DNA of 10,211 nt from Trichoplax adhaerens (GCF_000150275.1 NW_002061116.1:1-10211), one strand, 5' to 3'. Positions 1-9,082 are shown, numbered from the stretch's first letter. Made by a program: numbers and translations. Notes: generated by a model not told the origin, from the letters alone.

Positions 1-111
1 CCATATTATCTCAATGCATGTGACTGATTTCAATCGGCTATAACATGACTCTAAAGTACTGTATGTAGAAGAAATAAAATCCTACAATTCATCAAGACGA
101 CATTTTATAAC

Positions 112-295
112 CTGTTATCTTGGCGATTTCATCAACGACTTGCTGTAATTTCGATCGATTTCTACCGGCAACAGCCCATTTGATAGGTCGATTTTTGTTG
201 GTATTTTGCACTAATGCCAATTCTTTCACAACGTATTGGCCCGTGAAACCAGAAGCGCCATAGATAATCATATCATATTTTCGATCAGAAGCCAT
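112..295 (-). CDS. SCCPDH: Saccharopine dehydrogenase-like oxidoreductase, first coding exon (gene continues left of the window)
   Basis: MASDRKYDMIIYGASGFTGQYVVKELA...KWAVAGRNRSKLQQV has the Rossmann GASGFTG and WAVAGR motifs typical of the SCCPDH N-terminus. Probable phase-1 donor ACAG|GTTATA at 112/111; the ORF-track tail YKMSS is intron read-through. Confidence 0.93.
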
Positions 296-490
296 TTTCT
301 TAAATTATGCGGGATCTTTGTGAGCTTTCAATTGCGAAATAGACAAATTTGCTGCAGTAGCCGAGAAGAATTGTTGCTAAAGGAGGTCTGCTGATCAAAG
401 TCCAAATGGGTTGATGACCTCGCAGACCTTTTTACACCGTATCAGACTATGATACCGAGCCTGATAGAAAATACTGTCGATTAACCACTT

Positions 491-1066
491 AATTCAGTTA
501 TCCTACTATTCCTTAGAAAGCTGATCTGCTTACAGATCGATGGACGGACAGATTTAGAAATAATTCAGTCATCCTACTATTCCTTAGAAAGCTGGTTTGC
601 TTACAGATCGATGGATGGACAGACTTAGAAATAATGCAGTCATCCTACTATTCCTTAAAAGAAAGCTGATCTGCTTACAGATCGATGGATGGACAGACCT
701 AGAAATAATGCAGTCATCCTACTATTCCTTAGAAAGCTGGTTTGCTTACAGATCGATGGATGGGCAGACTTAGAAATAATGCAGTCATCCTACTATTCCT
801 TAAAAGAAAGCTGATCTGCTTACAGATCGATGGATGGACAGACCTAGAAATAATGCAGTCATCCTACTATTCCTTAGAAAGCTGGTTTGCTTACAGATCG
901 ATGGATGGGCAGACTTAGAAATAATGCAGTCATCCTACTATTCCTTAAAAGAAAGCTGATCTGCTTACAGATCGATGGATGGACAGACCTAGAAATAATG
1001 CAGTCATCCTACTATTCCTTAGAAAGCTGACCTGCTTACAGATAGGCGGGTGGACAGACCTAGAAA
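491..1066. repeat. Tandem minisatellite: 8 units of 71/74 bp with a 145-bp dimeric higher-order period
   Basis: Units start at 491, 562, 633, 707, 778, 852, 923 and 997. Consensus AATGCAGTCATCCTACTATTCCTT(AAA)AGAAAGCTGRTYTGCTTACAGATCGATGGATGGACAGACYTAGAAAT. Confidence 0.97.
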
Positions 1067-1942
1067 GGAGCTTTTTTTCCTAGGCCTAACAGAGATTGAG
1101 CCTAATTATTGCTTAACAAGCCCAGAAGAGGAGCTTGGAAATCGATATTAATTAGGAAGACCGATCTAAATCATCTTCATAGCATAGAGTGACACAATTT
1201 AGATCTACTTTTGCTTTCAATATTGCGAATAATCGAAATTTATAGTGACTACACGTATTCTTGACATTGAAATTTATAAGTGGTATGCAAACTATAACAT
1301 GCAGTTGGTCAGACTTTCTATACTGATTGCTGTGAAAAGTTGATCTCATAATTTCCTATGTAGCATTATATTGCATAGGTAAGTATTACAAAATAATAAA
1401 TTGCGCCATAATTGGATGACATAATATTAATAACAATTTTGCTACGTATCGTGGTCAAGGATGAAAGGAATATGAGCGCTTTTTAGGAACGTAATAATTT
1501 CTATACTAACATACTCAAAAAACAACTGTTGTCATTGACGCATATTTTGTGCAAATTTTATAGTGTAGAATAGTGTTTATCATGGTCACTTAGGGAAATT
1601 GCGACGATCTACGGATTTTATAATCCACTGAGAGCATTTTCTCGTACCACTATGATTTAACTGAAGGTGGAGGTCAAATAGAGTAATTAAGCAATAGATG
1701 ATAAGTATGCATTATATAGCATATCTTTCAAGCACCAAATCATACGTCGGCACACTGTTATGTACGGCATAACGTTATTGATTTAGTTAATTAAGCATCA
1801 AAGTCCTATTTAACTCATTGCTAGATAAATAAATACACGTCGTTTATATGCTATCTCGAAATCCACATTAGTCTGCATAATACCATGTTAGGCTACAATG
1901 TTGCATCTTAATATGGCAGTAGTACTATGTATTAATTATGTG

Positions 1943-1961
1943 TATATATATATATATATAT
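1943..1961. repeat. (TA)9 microsatellite within a longer purine-pyrimidine alternating tract
   Basis: TATATATATATATATATAT followed by GTATACGTATACGCATATG. Confidence 0.9.
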
Positions 1962-4194
1962 GTATACGTATACGCATATGGATATACGTTGTCCACTTAC
2001 AGAAGTTATACCATGATTACTGTACACAACGACTTATTAATTTCATATAGACGCATGTAGATTTTAATAAGGTATTTTACGACACACATTTCTATTTCTG
2101 GTCTAATCGTAGTAGAAATTCTGAATTAAACAGAATTTTGATACGAAACAAAACCGGCTAACAGTCAATTTAAACTAATCGTTCGTAGTGCGTATGGGTG
2201 CCTACTCATTATTTTATAAATATATTCTAACTGATTTTGTAGTGATAGATATCTGTATGCTAATACGTATATGATACAATGCTATAAATTTTACTACTGA
2301 GTGCGTAGCCAACAATATCACGTTATGTAGTTAATTTTTTAAATGCAAGGCAATGATCAGATTCTTCATTTCTATCTCTTTATTATGTTATCGAAAACGA
2401 TTATTTGTTTCTTGATACTGTAGTATGGGAAAAAAAAGGAATTAGGGTAACATTATGTGGTATATTAGTTTTCGTAATGAAAATTGAATTGATTTTCAAG
2501 ATGAGGGCATGAAAGACATGATTTCTTATTAAGTTTCCTTCTTGCCAACTTTCAATTTCATCCGTCATTGTTTCTATCTTTTTAGACAGCCTTTGAGAAC
2601 GATGCTGGATTATTCTAATTGAACGATAGAAGACTTTGAATGATGTAGTCGAACTGGGAATATCAAGATAGGGTTGTACATTAATATAAGCATTTTTATT
2701 TTTTTGAATCTCTCTGGTTCGATCTTGTACTACGAGCGCCAAATTTCATTACAGCTACCGTTTGAAAACGCAAGAAAGTTTGCCTGAGTGTTACTTGTAG
2801 ACAGTAGGCACATATTGATCTACAGTAACAAGGAGATTAAGTATACAAAAATCGCTGAGTAAAGTGACATGCAGATCATTCGCATAGAAGTTGTTTTGTT
2901 CAAGCTTATACACCCATAACAGAAGTTCATTTCGTTGCACACGTAATCATGTATATTCCTGGCCTTGTAGGCGCAAAAGGCTGATTACTGTTTATTATTA
3001 TTATAATTGTCAATTAAATCCCTAATTATATCCAAATTTTTGGGTTAAAAAAATGATCCGACATTAGACCCCAATCACAGTACTCTAAATTGATGCTAAT
3101 AAAGAATTGTTATGGATTGATTATCATAAATTTCCATGAATGCTGTTGGTTCGATCAAGGATTGTTTTCCCAGTTTTAAATCTTTAATATATTGTGCATA
3201 CTTTGATAATCGTGACCTGTCCATGGGTCGCTTCGTTTATTTTTGGTAGGTTTGAATAAACATAATATAGGTAATTTAGGGATGGTCTATTTCATCATTA
3301 GAAAATGAAGTTTTAATCTGATTCATCATCACCATTTAGATGTATCTATTAAATTATCAGTATTCAATTCATGACTTGAGTAATGTGATATCGTAGGCTA
3401 AGGGATTAGAAAGAGAGCTGAAATGTGTCGATTATTTAGTCGGTAGAATTTAATTTTAATCTAAATATATGAACTTGATAGAGTATCTATGATTCTACTA
3501 CATCTCTCCAAGGTAAGCACGTACGACTTGCACAGCATCACTGAGTCATCTTCTCATAACAAAAAACTTGTTACCATCAACTTGTATTTATAGTGGTACC
3601 CGAATTCAAGATCAGCTATCATGTTGGTCATTATATGATTGAAAATGTTCATTGTAATGATGATGTTGTACTATTTGTTTCTATTCGGGATTTTTATAAG
3701 TCATTTTAAGGAGAAACCTTCAAGTCGTATTCTGATGAAAGGTATGTTTATTTGGATGACGCATTCCCCCTGCATTACGGCTTGTATCAAGATGGCTCAA
3801 ATTGTACATTATCCATGTGTTATAACTGCTAATTGATTGATTTAGGAGTTGTGGATGTTGGTTTAAATGACCAACAAAAGTGTGTTGGTTTATCAGTAAC
3901 CGATGTGTAGAGTAGTTAGCGTTTTCAATCTACATCCATTCTTTTTCTTACCCAATGTACTTTGTATTTTATAGTGACAGAATATTGTTATGGCATTGTC
4001 TACTGTCGTATATTGAACATTGTACAATAAAGAGTAGAGTAAAAAAACAGTAGTAGTCAATGTATCAGGACAGTGGAACACACCATTGGAGCGAAGTAAG
4101 CGCCATGGATTGATTATTTACAGCGCTAGAAGTAAAAGAGATTGATTGCGATCATTCATGAATCCATTTCTTTTACTTTGATATCTTGATCTTT

Positions 4195-4206
4195 GGGGGG
4201 GGGGGG
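4195..4206. repeat. G12 homopolymer
   Basis: 12 consecutive G in an AT-rich background. Confidence 0.9.
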
Positions 4207-4247
4207 CATCAGAGCTGATGGGAACAGGGTAATGGATAGGGTTATCT

Positions 4248-4325
4248 GGAGCAGACTTGGGGCCCAATGGATTGATTTTCCGATCCGGAGCAAATTTAGG
4301 GCCCAATGGATTGATTTTCCGATAT
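4248..4325. repeat. 39-bp tandem duplication (2 copies)
   Basis: GGAGCAGACTTGGGGCCCAATGGATTGATTTTCCGATCC (4248-4286) versus GGAGCAAATTTAGGGCCCAATGGATTGATTTTCCGATAT (4287-4325). Confidence 0.9.
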
Positions 4326-4376
4326 GATGGATGGTATTAACATTGCTAACCAAGTATTTTATGCGTTTGGTTGCGA

Positions 4377-6330
4377 CTAGTACCGAGAATGGGCTTTCAA
4401 TGGATGACGTTCAATCAGTCGATTATTCTGGTTGTTGATTTTCTTGACACCCAGTATATCGGCGAAATGATCGACGGGTAATCTTCCTCTCCCTTCCATT
4501 ATTATGATTCTAATTCTTTCCGCTGTTTTTCTTCTTTCTATTGACGATGCCATCATGAATCCATCATGCAAATAATTAGGCAATTTGTTGTCAATAATTG
4601 ACGTCGGCGGCCGGTACCTGTCCACTCCATCGCCGTTGTCTTGGTGCGATCAAGTGGGACAGTAGACTGTGCTATACTCTACTGTAAGATAGTTGGTACA
4701 GTACTGTACCAAGTCGGATACGATCGTTGTGTACTATACTGGATGGCATGAGTCATCACTGTTGTTGTGGCCAGTAGCAGGACGATACCAGTCGAGAAAA
4801 GGTCTTGAAAACTAAATTGCTACCAGAATTGGGTCAACAAAATCGTCAGTAAATTGAATCATTTTTCCTCCATTGGCTTCATTGGATACTGCCAAATTAG
4901 AATCGCGTAAGCCTGCCTGCAAAAGGTAAATGATGATTCTACAGTGCGTCTTGTTTCTTGAGGCATGCTTACTACTTACTACATGAACCAGGAAAACCAT
5001 ATTTAGAGGGTCAGATGCGACGAGTTGTTGAAGGAGAAAAGGCATTGAGAATCAAATGTTTGAAAATTGCTTATTCTTGTTGATATAAGCGTACTGTATC
5101 TGTTTGACATGAAGTACAAGAGGCGAGACGAGTTGTTGAAGGAGAAAAGGCATTGAGGATCAAATGTTTGAAATTTGCTTATTCTTGTTGATATACGCGT
5201 ACTGTATCTGTTTGACATGAAGTACAAGAGGCGAGACGAGTTGTTGAAGGAGAAAAGGCATTGAGGATCAAATGTTTGAAATTTGCTTATTCTTGTTGAT
5301 ATACGCGTACTGTATCTGTTTGACATGAAGTACAAGAGGCGAGACGAGTTGTTGAAGGAGAAAAGGCATTGAGGATCAAATGTTTGAAATTTGCTTATTC
5401 TTGTTGATATACGCGTACTGTATCTGTTTGACATGGAGTACAAGAAGCTTGCCATGGAAGGAGTAAAGTCAGCTACAAAGTGTTTCTTCCTCTATCTAAT
5501 TGCATTCGCTAGACTTGGTGGATAGCCTTGTAAGAGTGCACAATAGCCCTCACCATTTTACATCCATGACTTGAAGAAGAGTGAGAGAAAAAACCCCACA
5601 CACAAAGACGACCAATGCTGCAATCAACAATACAGCAGCCAAGGCATAATAACAACAAAAAGATAACTTGTCGCCGATAGTCATCGCCTTACATTTGCCT
5701 CTTCAATATGGACTATATGATCTGGAAAATAGCATTGGTGCATTGAATGAATACTTGGTGCTCTAATTCACTCCATTTACCGCATAGTATGGATGCTACT
5801 TTACACATTCAATGCATGAATATTGTTCTGACTACCCATGACATGCAAACAAGGACACGTTGATGATAGAGAGATTTATTGTACCACAAGTAAAACACAA
5901 ATAGTTCATCTTTAATGATATATTTCTTGATGTGCACTGTACAGTACAGTATAATATAGAAACTACGCCCCATGTCAACAAGGATCGCCGCGATTCGCTG
6001 CTACTTGTTCAAATTAGCGTTAATGAACTACAACTGTGATCGTTGCCAGTACTTCATTGAATTTCGCCCAATAGATTGGTTGTTCTCATTAGGTAGGCAT
6101 CGCCTTACCTTTACCCCGACAACAACAATTACAACATGTTTTTCTATGCAAAACTCCTCAAACTCTTTAATCTTGCCCTTGAAGGAAATATCACTTTCTA
6201 CAGTTAGATTAATGCGATAGTGCAAAGGAGACGAGACGACTTGCCAAAAATTCCATACTGTGGACTACAACACTTTAGAAAGTGCAATAGCACATTTGGT
6301 GCGTTGACAAGAATTTCTTCGTCAGTTCTT
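4377..6330 (-). pseudogene. Possible decayed repeat-containing (perhaps beta-propeller/WD40-like) coding sequence
   Basis: ORFs 4812-5045 and 4377-4625 share one frame with only 3 internal stops over 223 codons. Peptide motifs recur with third-position differences (DWYRPAT/DRYRPPT; F..SSRLL twice). GC looks higher than the flanks. No family is firmly recognised and the boundaries are approximate. Confidence 0.3.
5019..5445. repeat. 108-bp tandem repeat, about 4 near-identical copies
   Basis: Units start at 5019, 5127, 5235 and 5343 (GACGAGTTGTTGAAGGAGAAAAGGCATTGAG...). Unit length is 36 codons, and one minus-strand frame (5003-5455) is open throughout. Confidence 0.97.
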
Positions 6331-7304
6331 CATCTACCGGATACTGCACCAGACAGCAAAGAATCTTGTTTGTTTATCTTGAATGGACTGGACTGTTTGT
6401 AGAATGAACATTGAACTCAGTATACGTAATAGAATAAAATGATCGTTTACATCTTTTCAACTAAGCAGCCTAATACTGTATTCGCTATACAGTATTCATG
6501 AAATGGGTAGTAACTGTTCTGATCAATTAAATTGCCCTATATGCTGTTTTATTTCCTAGTTAGAATACTTGACTAACAACGAGTAATTTTACATTTTTGA
6601 CAACCAGCAATATTGCATTTTTACATTTGCACGATGTATTAAAATCGTGTTATTGGATCGCAAGTATAGTCTACTGTAAAGTTCAAAAATAAAAAAATTG
6701 GGCCTTTTATCTCCAATACAGTATATAATATAGACTACGTATTGTACTACAGTATACTCTGTGGGAAACATTTCCAGAAGGAGAGCTATAAAGCTCCTAT
6801 ATATTGCATTGTTAACGCAGTAATAATTAATAGTTACAATTACTTTGCCTTTAGCAGCAAACGATTAAGGTGTGATGCGATTGATTAACTTTAGGGTGAA
6901 AAGATGTAATACGTAATCAATAGCACCTTTATACACATAGCTTGTGAAAGATGATCTATTTCAACTAGCTAGCAATCAATAATAAAAATAGTTGCGTTGG
7001 AACCAATTCTACAGTGTTAGGTTAACAATTATTTCAACGGAAGAATCTCTCCCTGAATTTTGTTAGTATTAATGACAGCATCACATTGAAATGTCTAACT
7101 AACGATACTGAATTTTGAATAGTGAAGCACTCAAAGTGCACAGCTAAATCATCCTAATGTCGCATTCTATCAGGCTAGTGTAAATTCTTTCCCGCAGTAG
7201 AAGACACATTTCCACGATCATTAGCTAGGCCATGATATCATGTCATGTCCAAACGTAAATTGAATTTTCACTAATCGAACTGTTGCTGTAATAATTTATA
7301 GGAA

Positions 7305-7387
7305 ATGGTGAACCGATTCATCCTTTCCGCGTTCTTCTTACTCATATTGGGAGTTGCCTCAGTGTCGGCGATCGACAAATATGACAA
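7305..7387 (+). CDS. CD109: CD109-like thioester-containing protein (A2M/TEP family), coding exon 1: signal peptide
   Basis: MVNRFILSAFFLLILGVASVSA-IDKYD has a hydrophobic core and a VSA cleavage motif. The AA|GTAAGT donor (phase 2) joins in frame to the next exon. Confidence 0.85.
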
Positions 7388-7747
7388 GTAAGTTGACTTT
7401 CAGAAGATAGCTTGTGGTATATATGAATTCCATTGAATTGGTAATAGTGGTGTTAGTTAAAAACTACCTAGAATTTTCTTAGCATTTTACGGTATTATTA
7501 TCTATGCCAGAGCATATCAGCAATATAACACACACTTTTCAATACACAATTCGATAGCAGTTAGAATAATAATTTATATTGTAACTCTTAATTTGATTCA
7601 TGCAGTAACTGTTCATTGACGATACTTTTTGGACGTTATACTGTACAGTATATCATGCTCTTTCCAACGCGGGGGCTATTTAGTTTAGAAAATGCTTCTT
7701 TTAGGAGTTACGATCTCTTACTAACCAGTTACCTACTTGTATAATAG

Positions 7748-7836
7748 TGGCACCTATATTATCACTGCTCCAGCCATAATACGCCCTGGTCTTCCGACCA
7801 TGATCAACGTAAACATTCTGAGAGCACCTCAAGCTG
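7748..7836 (+). CDS. CD109: CD109-like TEP, coding exon 2 (start of MG1 domain; truncated by assembly gap)
   Basis: TACTAAC branch site at 7719-7725 and acceptor TAG|T at 7747. (N)GTYIITAPAIIRPGLPTMINVNILRAPQA matches the CD109/iTEP N-terminal xxxTAPxxIRPG motif. Confidence 0.88.
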
Positions 7837-8785
7837 NNNNNNNNNNNNNNNNNNNNNNNNNNNNNNNNNNNNNNNNNNNNNNNNNNNNNNNNNNNNNNNN
7901 NNNNNNNNNNNNNNNNNNNNNNNNNNNNNNNNNNNNNNNNNNNNNNNNNNNNNNNNNNNNNNNNNNNNNNNNNNNNNNNNNNNNNNNNNNNNNNNNNNNN
8001 NNNNNNNNNNNNNNNNNNNNNNNNNNNNNNNNNNNNNNNNNNNNNNNNNNNNNNNNNNNNNNNNNNNNNNNNNNNNNNNNNNNNNNNNNNNNNNNNNNNN
8101 NNNNNNNNNNNNNNNNNNNNNNNNNNNNNNNNNNNNNNNNNNNNNNNNNNNNNNNNNNNNNNNNNNNNNNNNNNNNNNNNNNNNNNNNNNNNNNNNNNNN
8201 NNNNNNNNNNNNNNNNNNNNNNNNNNNNNNNNNNNNNNNNNNNNNNNNNNNNNNNNNNNNNNNNNNNNNNNNNNNNNNNNNNNNNNNNNNNNNNNNNNNN
8301 NNNNNNNNNNNNNNNNNNNNNNNNNNNNNNNNNNNNNNNNNNNNNNNNNNNNNNNNNNNNNNNNNNNNNNNNNNNNNNNNNNNNNNNNNNNNNNNNNNNN
8401 NNNNNNNNNNNNNNNNNNNNNNNNNNNNNNNNNNNNNNNNNNNNNNNNNNNNNNNNNNNNNNNNNNNNNNNNNNNNNNNNNNNNNNNNNNNNNNNNNNNN
8501 NNNNNNNNNNNNNNNNNNNNNNNNNNNNNNNNNNNNNNNNNNNNNNNNNNNNNNNNNNNNNNNNNNNNNNNNNNNNNNNNNNNNNNNNNNNNNNNNNNNN
8601 NNNNNNNNNNNNNNNNNNNNNNNNNNNNNNNNNNNNNNNNNNNNNNNNNNNNNNNNNNNNNNNNNNNNNNNNNNNNNNNNNNNNNNNNNNNNNNNNNNNN
8701 NNNNNNNNNNNNNNNNNNNNNNNNNNNNNNNNNNNNNNNNNNNNNNNNNNNNNNNNNNNNNNNNNNNNNNNNNNNNNNNNNNNNN
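7837..8785. other. Assembly gap (949 N), expected to hide further MG1-MG2 exons
   Basis: Run of N. The TEP protein stops in MG1 before the gap and resumes late in MG2 after it. Confidence 0.99.
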
Positions 8786-8789
8786 TTGA

Positions 8790-8852
8790 CAAAGATATCC
8801 TCTTGCGGATGAGCCACCTCTTGGCAAGTGGACTTTACGTATCGTAACCAAG
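8790..8852 (+). CDS. CD109: CD109-like TEP exon (end of MG2; 5' end uncertain, probably in the gap)
   Basis: QRYPLADEPPLGKWTLRIVTK matches the A2M-family 'FxLxxxPxLGxWxI' motif. Donor AAG|GTAATA, phase 0. Confidence 0.85.
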
Positions 8853-9042
8853 GTAATAGCAAATAATTGGTTATAAGACTAAGTATAATTCCTATTTATC
8901 TCATAGATACATGAATGGATTGTATACGTTCATTATAAATTTTTAGGTAGTTTTTTATTCTTAGCATATACAATACCACTTAAAGTTGGCAGACAAGTAG
9001 ACCTCACGCGACTAATCATGTTTGAATTACATTGAAATTTAG

Positions 9043-9082
9043 GATGATAAAGCGGAAAAAAGCTTTGAGATTAAAGAATATG
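9043..9082 (+). CDS. CD109: CD109-like TEP exon (MG2/MG3 junction)
   Basis: TTTAG| DDKAEKSFEIKEY |GTATGA, the first half of the family motif FxVxEYVLPxF. Confidence 0.9.

Noticed and set aside
92-111. C-terminus YKMSS* of the 67-aa ORF
   Set aside because: Read-through into the intron; SCCPDH-family proteins are about 400 aa and a GT donor sits at 111.
491-1066. CRISPR array or hammerhead-ribozyme satellite
   Set aside because: Units are contiguous with no unique spacers, there are no cas genes, and the context is eukaryotic. Neither strand has the CUGANGA hammerhead core, although CTGA and GAAA occur.
2401-2742. 113-aa minus-strand ORF
   Set aside because: TTG start, no recognisable motif and no convincing splice flanks. 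A nearby MKFG start in another frame stops after 17 codons, so it is not an SPX domain.
4071-4090. CAGTGGAAC as a pogo/Tc1-like terminal inverted repeat
   Set aside because: Not preceded by TA, and I found no matching inverted copy in the window.
4930-4936. ATGATGA as a snoRNA C box (also 3657)
   Set aside because: No paired D box with a terminal stem at a suitable spacing, and not inside a supported intron.
5019-5445. CRISPR-like array, Sel1 repeat (36 aa) or TGA-recoded ORF
   Set aside because: No spacers, and no frame resembles the Sel1 consensus. Plus-strand stops in units 2-4 are all TGA, but that holds for all three frames and unit 1 has TAA, so it does not single out a recoded gene.
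1152-6771. Other 60-82 aa ORFs (1152-1349, 3639-3836, 3893-4081, 4118-4306, 4156-4353, 5972-6220, 6028-6225, 6220-6402, 6589-6771)
   Set aside because: Lengths expected by chance, several with non-ATG starts and no recognisable domains as stand-alone genes.
6783-6796. TATAAAG flanked by GAGCT/AGCTC as the TEP promoter
   Set aside because: TATA-like words are common at this AT content, it lies ~520 bp from the ATG, and there is no TSS evidence.
7701-8862. Four long 340-363 aa ORFs in the track
   Set aside because: Artefacts of translating the N gap; only the plus-strand TEP exon pieces are supported.
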